DNA of 64,000 nt from an uncultured Alphaproteobacteria bacterium (GCA_963761015.1 CAVXFL010000004.1:31657-95656); one strand, 5' to 3'; positions 29,095-38,732 are shown, counted from the stretch's first letter. Translations and numbers: made by a program. The notes: a model not told the origin generated them from the sequence alone.

Positions 29095-30093
29095 ATGTAT
29101 ACGCAAGGGCTGGCCGCCAGCCCGCCGGTTCGGCCCGAATCGTCGCCGGAGGACGCGGCCCTCACCGCACGCTTCCAGGCGCGCATCGACGCCGAACAGC
29201 GCATCGAGCCCAACGACTGGATGCCGGAGGCGTACCGGCGCACCCTGACCCGGCAGATTTCGCAGCACGCGCATTCGGAAATCGTCGGCATGCTGCCGGA
29301 GGGCAACTGGCTTACCCGCGCGCCCACCTTGCGGCGCAAGGCGGCGTTGCTCGCCAAGGTGCAGGACGAATGCGGCCACGGTGTTTATCTTTACGCCGCC
29401 GCGGAGACGCTCGGGATCTCGCGCGAGCAGTTGGTCGAACAACTCCTGTCCGGGCAAGCGAAATACTCGTCGATTTTCAACTATCCCACGCTGACCTGGG
29501 CCGATATCGGCGCGATCGGCTGGCTGGTGGACGGCGCGGCGATCATGAACCAGATCCCGCTCTGCCGCTGCTCCTATGGCCCGTACGCGCGGGCGATGAT
29601 CCGGATCTGCAAGGAGGAGAGCTTTCATCAGCGCCAGGGCTACGAGATCATGCTGACCCTCGCGCGCGGCACCGAGGCGCAGAAGGCCATGGCGCAGGAC
29701 GCGCTCGACCGGTGGTGGTGGCCGTGCCTGATGATGTTCGGCCCGCCCGACCAGGCAAGCCAGCACTCGGATGCGTCGATACGCTGGAAGATCAAGCGTT
29801 TTTCCAACGACGAACTGCGCCAGAAATTCGTCGACGCCACCGTGCCGCAGGCGCACTACGTGGAGCTCACCATCCCCGATCCGGAGCTGCGTTTCAACGC
29901 GGGAACCGAGCATTGGGAATTCGGCCGCATCGACTGGGACGAATTCCGCCGGGTGCTCGCGGGCGACGGACCGTGCAACCGCCAGCGCATGGAACAGCGG
30001 CGGGCGGCGCACGAGAACGGCGCCTGGGTACGCGAGGCGGCTCTCGCCCACGCCGAAAAGCGCCGGGCCCGGGCAACGCGGCAGGCGGCCTGA
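29095..30093 (+). CDS. paaA: 1,2-phenylacetyl-CoA epoxidase subunit A
   Basis: ATG 29095 (MYTQGL) lies within ORF 29035..30093. Ferritin-like di-iron motifs are present ([31 protein letters not shown]). It is followed by paaBCDE in canonical order. Confidence 0.92.
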   Translation: MYTQGLAASPPVRPESSPEDAALTARFQARIDAEQRIEPNDWMPEAYRRTLTRQISQHAHSEIVGMLPEGNWLTRAPTLRRKAALLAKVQDECGHGVYLYAAAETLGISREQLVEQLLSGQAKYSSIFNYPTLTWADIGAIGWLVDGAAIMNQIPLCRCSYGPYARAMIRICKEESFHQRQGYEIMLTLARGTEAQKAMAQDALDRWWWPCLMMFGPPDQASQHSDASIRWKIKRFSNDELRQKFVDATVPQAHYVELTIPDPELRFNAGTEHWEFGRIDWDEFRRVLAGDGPCNRQRMEQRRAAHENGAWVREAALAHAEKRRARATRQAA

Positions 30094-30381
30094 ATGACCG
30101 AGCCGGCGATCCCGCTCTGGGAAGTGTTCATCCGTTCGCGCAACGGGCTGGCGCACCATCATGTCGGCTCGCTGCACGCGGCGGACTCGGAGATGGCGTT
30201 GCAGGCGGCGCGCGACGTCTACACGCGCCGCGGCGAGGGATTGTCGATCTGGGTTGTGCCCTCGGCGGCGATCGTGGCCTCCGATCCCGCCGAACAAGCG
30301 ATGTTCTTCGAACCGACCGCGTCCAAGATTTACCGGCATCCAAGCTTCTATGACGTGCCCGACGAAGTCGGTAACATGTGA
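30094..30381 (+). CDS. paaB: 1,2-phenylacetyl-CoA epoxidase subunit B
   Basis: 95 aa. WEVFIRSRNGLAHHHVGSLHAAD...DVYTRRGEG matches the PaaB pattern. It starts directly after the paaA stop. Confidence 0.92.
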   Translation: MTEPAIPLWEVFIRSRNGLAHHHVGSLHAADSEMALQAARDVYTRRGEGLSIWVVPSAAIVASDPAEQAMFFEPTASKIYRHPSFYDVPDEVGNM

Positions 30382-30387
30382 TCGCGG

Positions 30388-31167
30388 TTGATGCGGTCCA
30401 CCTCGATCCGCTTCGCCGGCGGCGAACTCGCGCTTTATGTGCTGCAGCGCGCCGACGACGCCCTGGTGCTCGGGCATCGTTTGTCGGAATGGTGCGGCCA
30501 CGCGCCGATGCTGGAGGAGGATATCGCACTCGCCAATATCGGCCTCGATCTGATCGGCCAGGCGCGCGCATTATACGCCTATGCGGCAGAGGTCGAGGAC
30601 GCGGGCCATGACGAGAACCAGCTGGCGTATCTGCGCGACGTCGGACAGTATCGTAACCTGCTGCTGCTCGAGCAGCCGAACGGTGATTTCGCGCACACGA
30701 TCGTTCGCCAGCTTCTCTATTCCGCCTATGCCGATCCGTATTGGCGCGCGATGACGGCATCGGCGGATCCGATGCTCGCCGCCATCGCGGCGAAATCGGA
30801 GAAGGAGAGCGCCTATCACCTGCGCCACGCGTGCGAATGGGTAATCCGGCTCGGCGACGGGACGGAGGAAAGCCACCGGCGCGCGCAGACCGCGATCGAC
30901 GCCCTGTGGTTGTACACCGGCGAGATGTTCGAAGTCGCTTCCGAAGCGGAACCGCTCATCGCCCGCTCCGTTGCCGCCGATCCGTCCGGCTTGGGTGCGG
31001 CCTGGAACAAGACCCTCGACGATGTGCTGTCCGAGGCGACGCTGACACGGCCGCCGGACGGATGGATGCAGAGTGGGGGGCGAAGCGGGCAACACTCGGA
31101 GCATCTCGGTCATCTGCTCGCGGAACTGCAATTCCTCCAGCGCTCCGACCCCGGCGCAACATGGTAG
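30388..31167 (+). CDS. paaC: 1,2-phenylacetyl-CoA epoxidase subunit C
   Basis: 259 aa. ALYVLQRADDALVLGHRLSEWCGHAPMLEEDIALANIGLDLIGQAR. Ferritin-like structural subunit in canonical position. Start may be TTG 30388 or ATG 30391. Confidence 0.9.
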   Translation: MMRSTSIRFAGGELALYVLQRADDALVLGHRLSEWCGHAPMLEEDIALANIGLDLIGQARALYAYAAEVEDAGHDENQLAYLRDVGQYRNLLLLEQPNGDFAHTIVRQLLYSAYADPYWRAMTASADPMLAAIAAKSEKESAYHLRHACEWVIRLGDGTEESHRRAQTAIDALWLYTGEMFEVASEAEPLIARSVAADPSGLGAAWNKTLDDVLSEATLTRPPDGWMQSGGRSGQHSEHLGHLLAELQFLQRSDPGATW

Positions 31168-31658
31168 CCGCGGATGACGAGGCGCTGCGCCGGCGCGCGT
31201 GGGATGTCGCCGCCACGGTGGTCGATCCGGAAATTCCGGCGCTCACCATCACCGATCTCGGAATTCTGCGCGACGTAGCGGTGAACGAGGGGAGGATCGA
31301 GGTTTCGATCACCCCCACTTATCTCGGTTGCCCGGCAACGGACGTGATCGCGCGCGATATCGAAGCCGCCTTGAGCAAGGCCGGGATCGCGCCGGCTCGC
31401 GTCAAAACCGTGTTGTCGCCGCCCTGGTCGACGGATTGGCTGAGCGAGCAAGCGCGGCGCAAGCTCGCCGAAATCGGTATCGCGCCGCCCCCGGCCAAAG
31501 CCTCGCGCCCTGCTCTGTTCGCGCAAGATGCCGTCGCGTGTCCGCGATGCGGCGCCTCCGACACCGCGCGCATCTCGGAATTCGGCGCCACCGCCTGCAA
31601 GGCGCTCTGGCGCTGCCGCGCCTGCGGCGAACCGTTCGAAGTGTTCAAATGTCACTGA
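31161..31658 (+). CDS. paaD: Phenylacetate-CoA oxygenase subunit PaaD (PaaJ)
   Basis: 3' part of ORF 30741..31658. VVDPEIPALTITDLGILR (SUF-like domain) and a C-terminal Cys cluster (CPRCGASDT...CKALWRCRACGEPF). Confidence 0.9.
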   Translation: MVAADDEALRRRAWDVAATVVDPEIPALTITDLGILRDVAVNEGRIEVSITPTYLGCPATDVIARDIEAALSKAGIAPARVKTVLSPPWSTDWLSEQARRKLAEIGIAPPPAKASRPALFAQDAVACPRCGASDTARISEFGATACKALWRCRACGEPFEVFKCH

Positions 31659-32759
31659 CGCAAGTCGAACCGGCTGCGCGCGCGCGCGGCTTTCATGCGC
31701 TGACAATCGCCGCTGTCCGGCGGGAAACGCCCGATTCCCTCTCGATCGCGTTCGCCGTGCCGCCCGATCTGGCCGACACGTTCCGCTTCACGCCAGGTCA
31801 GTATCTCACCTTGCGCACGGTGATCGACGGCGAAGACGTGCGCCGCTCCTACTCCATCTGTTCCGGCCTCGACGATCGCGAGTTGCGCATCGCCATCAAG
31901 CGGCTGAACGGCGGCGCGTTCTCCTGCTTCGCCCACGAGACACTCGAACCCGGCGCGGTGGTCGAGGTGATGGCGCCGATGGGACGTTTCACGCTCGACG
32001 CCGATCCCGAACTCGGCACGAACCTACGTGGCCTTCGCGGCCGGATCGGGCATCACGCCGGTGCTGTCCATTCTCAAATCCGTTCTGCATCGCGAGCCGG
32101 GCAGCCGCTTCTTCCTGTTCTACGGCAACCGCTCGCGCGCCGACATCATGTTCCGCGACGCGTTGAACGATTTGAAGGACCGCTTTCTCGGCCGCCTCTC
32201 GGTGGCACACATTCTTTCGCGCGAGCAGCACGACATCAAGCTGCTGAACGGCCGGATCGACGAAGCCAAGGTGCCGCTGCTGCTACGCACGGTGCCAGCC
32301 GTGGCCGCCATCGATCGGGCGTTCATCTGCGGCCCGGCCGGCATGATCGAGAGCACGGAGGCCGCGCTGCTGCGGCTCGGAGTTCCCGCGGAGCGCATCG
32401 CGATCGAGCGCTTCACCCCCGCTCCAGGCGGGCCACGTCGCCGCGCGACCGTGGTGGTGGCCGAGCCGGCGTCACCGCCCGCCGCCATCGCCGATATCAT
32501 GCTCGATGGTGTGCGCAGCGAAATTCCGGTCGCGCGAGACGAGACCGTCTTGCAGGCCGGGCTGCGCGCCGGGCTCGATATGCCCTTTTCCTGCCAGGGG
32601 GGGATGTGCTGCACCTGCCGCGCCAAGCTGCTCGAAGGCGACGTCGCCATGGCGCTGAACTACTCGCTCGCGCCGTGGGAGATCGCGGCCGGATACGTGC
32701 TCACCTGCCAGTCACGCCCGAAAACCGCGCGCGTGGTGGTCGATTACGATCACCTTTGA
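31649..32759 (+). pseudogene. paaE: Phenylacetate-CoA oxygenase reductase subunit PaaE, frame interrupted near 32002-32017
   Basis: The FAD-binding part (FRFTPGQYLTLR, RRSYSICS) is in the frame of ORF 31199..32830. The NAD-binding part and 2Fe-2S ferredoxin (YVAFAAGSGITP, CQGGMCCTCRAKL) are in ORF 32028..32759. A one-base insertion is implied. Confidence 0.88.
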
Positions 32760-32768
32760 TCGCGTCGG

Positions 32769-33662
32769 TCAGCCGGACGGCTTGGCTTCGGCCGTGTGGT
32801 TGTGGCCCGTCGTTTTCAGATAGGCGATGATGTCGCGCCGCGCCGCTTCGTCCGCCACGCTGAGGGGCATCAGCGCGCCCGGCACATAGGCGCGCGGCCC
32901 GGCGAGCCATTTATCCAAGGTCTGCGCCGTCCAGACGATGCCCGATTTCGCCAGCGCCGGCGAGTAATCGTAGCCGCCGACGCTCCCGGCGCGACGGCCA
33001 AACACGCCGGCGAGCGGCGGCCCGACCTTGGCGCGATTCAGGTCGTGACAGGTGCCGCACTTCTCCTGGAACAATTGCGCGCCGATTTCGGCGCTCGGCT
33101 CCTTGGAAAAGCGCGTCAGATCCCGCGCCCCCTTGGGACGGAGCGACGGGAAGAACGTATAGGACAGCGTGATCTGGTCGACGTCCCGCGTGCTGGGATC
33201 GGTTCCGAGCTTCGGATCGACGAAGAACACGACCGGCATCTCTACCTTGTGGTGCGCGGGCAGCCGCTCCTCGGTGAAGCAGAAGCACTGGATTTTCTTG
33301 AAGTAGATCCCGGCCTTGTTGGGCGTGACGTTGAAGGTCGCGTGTCCGACCATGTCGTGGTCAGATCGGTTTTCGGCCTCGAAGAACACCGGCGCCTGTT
33401 GCCCGAGATGCACCGTCACCTTGCGCTGGACCGGGACGAAGCGCCACGGCAGGCCCGGCGCCACATCGGTGTTGAAGAACACGGTGATGGTGCGCGCGGA
33501 GAGTTTCGCGTTGTCGCTGGCAACGCGTTGCACGAAGCCGCCCGATCCGGTGGCCGAGCAGAACAGTCGATAGAGCGTGACCGAATACGAGACCAGCGTC
33601 GTCATCACGCCGACGCCGATCAGTACTCCAAGCAGTGTCCAGTATTTTTTCAATGTCCCCAA
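32769..33662 (-). CDS. cox11: Cox11/CtaG copper chaperone fused to a C-terminal class I cytochrome c domain
   Basis: N-terminal TM. Cox11 blocks LYRLFCSATGSGG, TVFFNTDVAPGLPWRF, FKKIQCFCFTEE (Cu site), MPVVFFVDP, ITLSYTFFP. A ~25-aa linker follows, then QEKCGTCH...GPPLAGVFGR...WLAGPRAYVPGALMP...IAYLKT. All in one uninterrupted frame. Confidence 0.85.
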   Translation of the reverse strand: MGTLKKYWTLLGVLIGVGVMTTLVSYSVTLYRLFCSATGSGGFVQRVASDNAKLSARTITVFFNTDVAPGLPWRFVPVQRKVTVHLGQQAPVFFEAENRSDHDMVGHATFNVTPNKAGIYFKKIQCFCFTEERLPAHHKVEMPVVFFVDPKLGTDPSTRDVDQITLSYTFFPSLRPKGARDLTRFSKEPSAEIGAQLFQEKCGTCHDLNRAKVGPPLAGVFGRRAGSVGGYDYSPALAKSGIVWTAQTLDKWLAGPRAYVPGALMPLSVADEAARRDIIAYLKTTGHNHTAEAKPSG

Positions 33663-33831
33663 CCCAAGCCCAGGGCGTTTCCCGGTTCACAAGGAACACC
33701 GCACTACCGAGCTACGTGCGCGGCCTTGCCGGGAATGTCGGAAGCGTTCGGCGACGCCGGTGAAAGGCTATCCCCGATAAGCTCTCCGACCCTCATGCGC
33801 AAAGCTTCTCAGCCGATGCGGAACAGCGACA

Positions 33832-34392
33832 TCAGCTCTCCAACTCGCTGTCCCAGTACAGATAGTCGCGCCAGCTCCGGTGCAGGTAATTGGGCGGAAA
33901 GGCACGGCCGTTGTCCTGCAACTCCCAGGTGGTCGGCCGCCGCGGAGCCTGGCGCGGAAACATGTGCGCCTCGCGCGGAATCCGCGAGCCCTTGCGCAAA
34001 TTGCAACCGCCACAGGCGGTCACGACGTTTTCCCAGGTGGTGCGTCCGCCGCGACTGCGGGGCACCACGTGATCGAAGGTGAGATCCGGCGCCGGCCGCC
34101 GCTCGCCGCAATACTGGCAGCAGAACGCGTCGCGCAGAAACACGTTGAACCGCGTGAACGCCGGCTTGCGCGCGGCAGGAATGTAATCCTTGAGCGCGAT
34201 CACGCTCGGCAGCCGCAGCCGCACGCTCGGCGAGCGCACCTCGACATCGTATTCGCTGAGCACCGCGACGCGATCGAGGAACACGGCCTTCACCGCGTCC
34301 TGCCAGGACCAGACCGACAGCGGGAAATACGAGAGCGGCCGAAAATCCGCGTTCAGAACCAACGCCGGGAAATGTTGTCCACCGTCGGGCAA
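33832..34392 (-). CDS. HNH endonuclease-domain protein
   Basis: CQYCGER...TFDHVVPRSRGGRTTWENVVTACGGCNLRKG is the HNH/His-Me finger motif. 186 aa, stand-alone. Confidence 0.85.
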   Translation of the reverse strand: MPDGGQHFPALVLNADFRPLSYFPLSVWSWQDAVKAVFLDRVAVLSEYDVEVRSPSVRLRLPSVIALKDYIPAARKPAFTRFNVFLRDAFCCQYCGERRPAPDLTFDHVVPRSRGGRTTWENVVTACGGCNLRKGSRIPREAHMFPRQAPRRPTTWELQDNGRAFPPNYLHRSWRDYLYWDSELES

Positions 34393-34545
34393 GCGCCGCT
34401 CCTCTTCAGCCGGTGCTTACCCCTCGCGAACCGCTAAACTTACGTAGCAGCGTTGTGCACCGCAGAGAATTGCGACGCTTATTGCAGACGGAGGCATCCG
34501 ACGCAAGCCGGAGAGGAAGCCGGCCAATTCCGATTCATCCAATGG

Positions 34546-35202
34546 TCACAGGCCACTGAACGCCTTTTGCAGGAACAGCGCCCCGGCGGACAGGCCGGCA
34601 TCGTCCATGCCGTGGCCCAGCCCCGGGCAATACAGGGATTCGACCGGCACGCCGGCCGCGCGCAGCGCTTGCTCCGCCATGCGGCTGCGCGCAACCGGGA
34701 CCACGTCGTCGGCCTCGCCGTGAACAACCAGCACCGGCGGCCGTCCGCGCATTTCGCCGGCCAGCGTGTCGGGCGCCAGCAGCGCGCCGGAATAGGCCAC
34801 GATGGCGCGCGGCGGGATCGCCCGCCGAAGCCCCGTGAACAGCGCCATCATGGCGCCCTGGCTGAACCCTGTCAGGGCACAGGCGTCCTGCGGCAACTCG
34901 AGCCGGGCAAGCTCGGCGTCGATGAAGCGGTTGAACACCGGCATGCTCGCCCGCAAGCCGGCCTCCAGCACCGGCGGGGAGCGGTCGCGCAAACTGAACC
35001 ACTGCCTGCCATGTGGCGCGGCGTCATGCGGCTCGGGCGCGTTCGGGGCGACGAAGACGGCGTCTGGCAGCGCCTCTGCCCAGAGCGGCGCGATGTCGAT
35101 GAGGTCGTAGCCGTCGGCGCCGACGCCGTGGCAGATCACGACCAGCTGTTTCGCCAGCCCGCCCGAGCGCGGCCCGAAGCGAGGTCCGTCCAGTTCCGCC
35201 AT
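34546..35202 (-). CDS. Alpha/beta hydrolase, phospholipase/carboxylesterase family
   Basis: LVVICHGVGADGYD, nucleophile elbow GFSQGAMMA, VLVVHGEADDVVP, GLGHG. ATG 35202 with upstream AGGAG is preferred over 35229. Confidence 0.82.
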   Translation of the reverse strand: MAELDGPRFGPRSGGLAKQLVVICHGVGADGYDLIDIAPLWAEALPDAVFVAPNAPEPHDAAPHGRQWFSLRDRSPPVLEAGLRASMPVFNRFIDAELARLELPQDACALTGFSQGAMMALFTGLRRAIPPRAIVAYSGALLAPDTLAGEMRGRPPVLVVHGEADDVVPVARSRMAEQALRAAGVPVESLYCPGLGHGMDDAGLSAGALFLQKAFSGL

Positions 35203-35287
35203 TTCCCGCTCCTGCCTCCGCCCCTGCACTTTTATGCCACACGATTAGTCGGCAGTCCCAGGCGCGAGGGCGAAGCCCAGCGGCGAC

Positions 35288-36298
35288 TTAGCGCCCGAGG
35301 AATTGCAGCAGCGCGCGGTCGAACGCCGCCGGCGCTTCGAGGTGGATCAGGTGCCCGGTGTCGAACGTGTCCACGCGCGCATTCGGCATTTTCGGCGCGA
35401 GCGCCTTCGCCAGTTCGGCGATGTGACCCATCCGCTCGCGATCGGCGGGCTTGGCGAACTTGCGCCCCGGCCCAGTCCGATCGTGCGTGCCCACCATGAA
35501 CAGCGTCGGCGTGGCGATCAGCGGGATCTCGTCCACCACCGGCTGACCCCAGATGGCGTAGAAGGTGCTGTCGAACACCTCGACCCAGCGCGGGTAGTCG
35601 GCACTGCCCTTGATCCGTTCGCGCAGCACCACGAACGGCATCACCTTCTCGGGCGGCACCGTCAGCCCGTAAGCGGTGACGAGGTAGTGCAAATACGCCT
35701 CGGCGCTGCGGTTGAACTCCTGGCGGTACAACACGTCCGGCGGGACCGGGGGCACGTAGAGCCGGTAATTCTCCAGCCCGAGCGGCGATTCCAGCACCAG
35801 ATGGCGGACCCGTTCGGGATAGGTCCGCGCGAACCGCATCGCCAGCATTCCGCCCATGGAGTGCCCCACCACGTCCACCTTGTGCAGATGCAACGAGTTG
35901 AGCAGCGCGGCGGTGTAGGCGGCCGCGTCGTCGAACGACCAGGCCACCTCGGGCTTGGAGGATTTGTTGAAGCCGATCTGATCCGGCGCGATCACCCGGT
36001 AGCCGGAGCCGGTCAGCGCGCGGATTACCGAGTCCCAATAGCTCGAGGGGAAATTGCGGCCGTGCAGCAGCAGGACAGCGTGGCCGTTCGCCACCCCGGC
36101 CGGCGCCACGTCCATATAGGCCATGCGCGCCGGGTGGTGCGCGACGGTCAGCGGGAAGAAGGCAACCGGGAACGGATAGGGATACGTTTCCAGGTCGATC
36201 CCGAGCGGCTCGGCGCCGCGCGCCGACAGCGGAAGGAGCAAGACGAGTGCCAGAATGAGGCGCCGAACCACTATGCTCGTCCTCGTGCCGTGGATCAC
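35288..36298 (-). CDS. Secreted alpha/beta hydrolase
   Basis: Signal peptide (RRLILALVLLLPLSARGA). HAVLLLHGRNF. Nucleophile elbow GHSMGGMLA. C-terminal GHLIHLEAP. Confidence 0.85.
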   Translation of the reverse strand: MIHGTRTSIVVRRLILALVLLLPLSARGAEPLGIDLETYPYPFPVAFFPLTVAHHPARMAYMDVAPAGVANGHAVLLLHGRNFPSSYWDSVIRALTGSGYRVIAPDQIGFNKSSKPEVAWSFDDAAAYTAALLNSLHLHKVDVVGHSMGGMLAMRFARTYPERVRHLVLESPLGLENYRLYVPPVPPDVLYRQEFNRSAEAYLHYLVTAYGLTVPPEKVMPFVVLRERIKGSADYPRWVEVFDSTFYAIWGQPVVDEIPLIATPTLFMVGTHDRTGPGRKFAKPADRERMGHIAELAKALAPKMPNARVDTFDTGHLIHLEAPAAFDRALLQFLGR

Positions 36299-36343
36299 GT
36301 CAACGACCGGTCCTGGATCCTTCGGGCGAACCCTTGGCCGACG

Positions 36344-36793
36344 CTATCTCGGCATTCCCGGAATCCGTCCGACCTGCCTCTGCAACGCCCTGAGTTGGTC
36401 CGGAACAGCCTGAAGCGGGCCCAACTGGCCTTGGATTGCGTGCAGGGTATCGGTGTGCTGATCGAGCTTATCCTGAATCTTCTGAAGCGTTACCGAGTGC
36501 TCGTTCACGGTCTTGCTGGTATTCCTGATATCGCCGGCCAGATCCTTGGAACGCTGGAGGACGTCCTTGACCGAAACGCCCTCGACGACGGCGTTCGCGA
36601 ATCTGTTGTCCAGCTTGTCGACTCTGTCGGCAAGCGAATTGAAATCGTGGACGATCAATCCGACGATGACGCCCCCGAGGATCACGATGACCGTGCCGAT
36701 GGCTCCGAGCGACCATTTGACCAGCGCCCAATGCCGGCTGATCAGTCGGATGATCGTCTGTAATTCGTTCCCGGGCACCTGCGTTTGCCCCAT
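36344..36793 (-). CDS. Hypothetical membrane-anchored coiled-coil protein
   Basis: 149 aa with a single TM (WSLGAIGTVIVILGGVIVGLIV) followed by heptad-like Q/L/D-rich sequence. It lies in a short stretch of visibly lower GC. No family recognised. Confidence 0.55.
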   Translation of the reverse strand: MGQTQVPGNELQTIIRLISRHWALVKWSLGAIGTVIVILGGVIVGLIVHDFNSLADRVDKLDNRFANAVVEGVSVKDVLQRSKDLAGDIRNTSKTVNEHSVTLQKIQDKLDQHTDTLHAIQGQLGPLQAVPDQLRALQRQVGRIPGMPR

Positions 36794-36893
36794 TGACCCG
36801 TCCTCTTGCGGCGCCCGTGATTACCAGATTTCGCACCCTGACACGCGACATTCAACACAACTCTCAGGCGACAATCCCGGCGAGATCCACCCG

Positions 36894-38028
36894 TCAGGTG
36901 CTCGTCAGCGGACCGAGCGCGGCGGCGATGCCGAAGGGCCCGGGCAATACGCCACGCGGGAACAGGCGGGTGACGTGGCCCATCTTGCGGCCGGGCCGCG
37001 CCTCGGCCTTGCCGTACAAATGCGGGATCAACCCCGGGGTCGCCAGAACGGCCGGCCAAAGCGCCGTCTCCTCGGGTCCGATCAGGTTCTTCATCACCGC
37101 GTCCGAGTGGCGGATCGCGGCGGGCAGCGGCAGACCCGCGACGGCGCGCACCAGCAGCTCGAACTGGCTCGCGGGACACGCATCGATCGTCCAGTGGCCG
37201 GAATTGTGCGGCCGCGGCGCCAGTTCGTTCACCAGCACCCGCCCCGCGCCGTCGACGAACATCTCCACCGCCACCAGCCCGACCAAGTCCAGCGCCTCGG
37301 CCAGCCGGTGCGCAATGCGCTGCGCCTCCGCGGCGATCGGCTCCGCGATCGGCGCCGGCGCCAGCGTCATGTCCAGGATATGCTCGCGATGCCGGTTCTC
37401 CACCGTGTCGAAGGCCGCGAGCGCGCCATCGGCGCCGCGCGCGATCACCACGCTGATTTCCGCCGCGAAATCGACAAAGCCTTCCAGGATCAGCGGCTTC
37501 GGCTCCAGGACGGCGAAGGCCGGCGCGAGATCGGCCGCCGAGCGCAGCAGCGCCTGGCCCTTGCCGTCGTAGCCGAGCCGCGTGGTCTTCAGGACCGCGG
37601 GAAACCCGAGTCGCGCCGCCGCCTCGGCCAGATCGGCCTCGGTCGCGACGAAGCGCCACGGCGCCGTGCTCACCCCGGCCTCGTTGACGAACGATTTTTC
37701 CCGGGCGCGGTCCTGGGTGGTGCGCAGAATCGCGGGGGACGGCCGCACCGGCTTCAACGACGCCAGCAACTCGAGCCCTTCCGCGCTGACGTTCTCGAAC
37801 TCGAAGGTAATGACATCGACCGCGGCGGCGAACGCCCGGAGCGCGGCACGGTCCTCGGTACTCGCCGTGCGTGACGCCGGACGCGACCTGTCCGGCCGGG
37901 CTGTCCGGCTCGGGGGTGAGGATGTGGCTGCGATAGCCGAGCCGCGCCGCCGCCATCGCGGTCATGCGGCCGAGCTGACCGCCACCGACAATGCCGATCG
38001 TGGCGTTCGGCGGCAGCGGAAAGGTCAT
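36894..38028 (-). pseudogene. purK: N5-carboxyaminoimidazole ribonucleotide synthase PurK, frame interrupted at 37857-37858
   Basis: The N-terminus (IGIVGGGQLGRMTAMAA...VTHGEY) is in the frame of ORF 36742..38028. The ATP-grasp body (EDRAALRAF...VITFEFENV...LKTTRLGYDGKGQ...ELAPRPHNSGHWT...GRKMGHV) is in the frame of ORF 36894..37769. The junction reads GAG TAC C GAG (one extra C). The start overlaps the purE stop (ATGA). Confidence 0.9.
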
Positions 38029-38525
38029 GCGGGTTCGGCCGGATCGCTCGGATGCTCGGCGACCCCGGCGGTCTGCTGCGCGCGGAACGCCGCCAGCCGG
38101 TCGGCGAGCGCCGGGTCGGACAACGCCAGGATGGCGGCGGCGAGCAGGCCGGCGTTCACCGCCCCGGCGCGGCCAATCGCGAGCGTGCCGACCGGCACCC
38201 CGGCGGGCATCTGCACAATGGAAAGCAGGCTGTCCATACCCTTGAGACTATGGGTTTCCATCGGCACGCCGAGCACGGGAAGCGCCGTCCAGGCGGCGCA
38301 CATGCCCGGCAGATGCGCCGCCCCGCCCGCGCCGGCGACGATGACCTTGAGCCCGCGCGCCTGCGCGCCCTTCGCGTAGTCGGCCAGCCGATCGGGTGTG
38401 CGATGGGCCGAGACGATGCGCCGCTCGTGCGGGACCCCGAGCCGGTCGAGCATCTCGGCCGCGTGGCGCAGGATCGGCCAGTCGGACTGGCTGCCCATGA
38501 CGATGCCGACGAGCGGAGCGTCCAC
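38025..38525 (-). CDS. purE: 5-(carboxyamino)imidazole ribonucleotide mutase
   Basis: [30 protein letters not shown] and LPVLGVP are PurE signatures. Confidence 0.95.
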   Translation of the reverse strand: MDAPLVGIVMGSQSDWPILRHAAEMLDRLGVPHERRIVSAHRTPDRLADYAKGAQARGLKVIVAGAGGAAHLPGMCAAWTALPVLGVPMETHSLKGMDSLLSIVQMPAGVPVGTLAIGRAGAVNAGLLAAAILALSDPALADRLAAFRAQQTAGVAEHPSDPAEPA

Positions 38526-38528
38526 GGC

Positions 38529-38732
38529 TCAGGCGATGCTGTCTGGAATGAGGCGGCTTTCCAGGCGGGCGATCTCGTCCTTCAGCAGGAGCTTGCGCTT
38601 CTTCAGCCGCTGGAGGTGAAGCTGGTCGGTCGGCGCGTGGTCGGTCAGCCGCGCGATCACGGTGTCCAGGTCGCGGTGCTCGCTGCGCAGCTCGTGCAGC
38701 TTACGCAAGACCGAGTCCCGGTCGTTCAACAT
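38529..38732 (-). CDS. DUF465 (YdcH-like) small protein
   Basis: ATG 38732 lies within ORF 38529..38822. LHELRSEHRDLDTVI...LHLQRLKKRKLLLKDEIARLE is the DUF465 pattern. Confidence 0.8.
   Translation of the reverse strand: MLNDRDSVLRKLHELRSEHRDLDTVIARLTDHAPTDQLHLQRLKKRKLLLKDEIARLESRLIPDSIA

Noticed and set aside
33832-34392. HNH endonuclease as part of a mobile element or restriction system
   Set aside because: There is no adjacent methyltransferase, integrase, intron or intein context, and no flanking repeats. It looks like the stand-alone HNH protein commonly conserved in alphaproteobacterial chromosomes.
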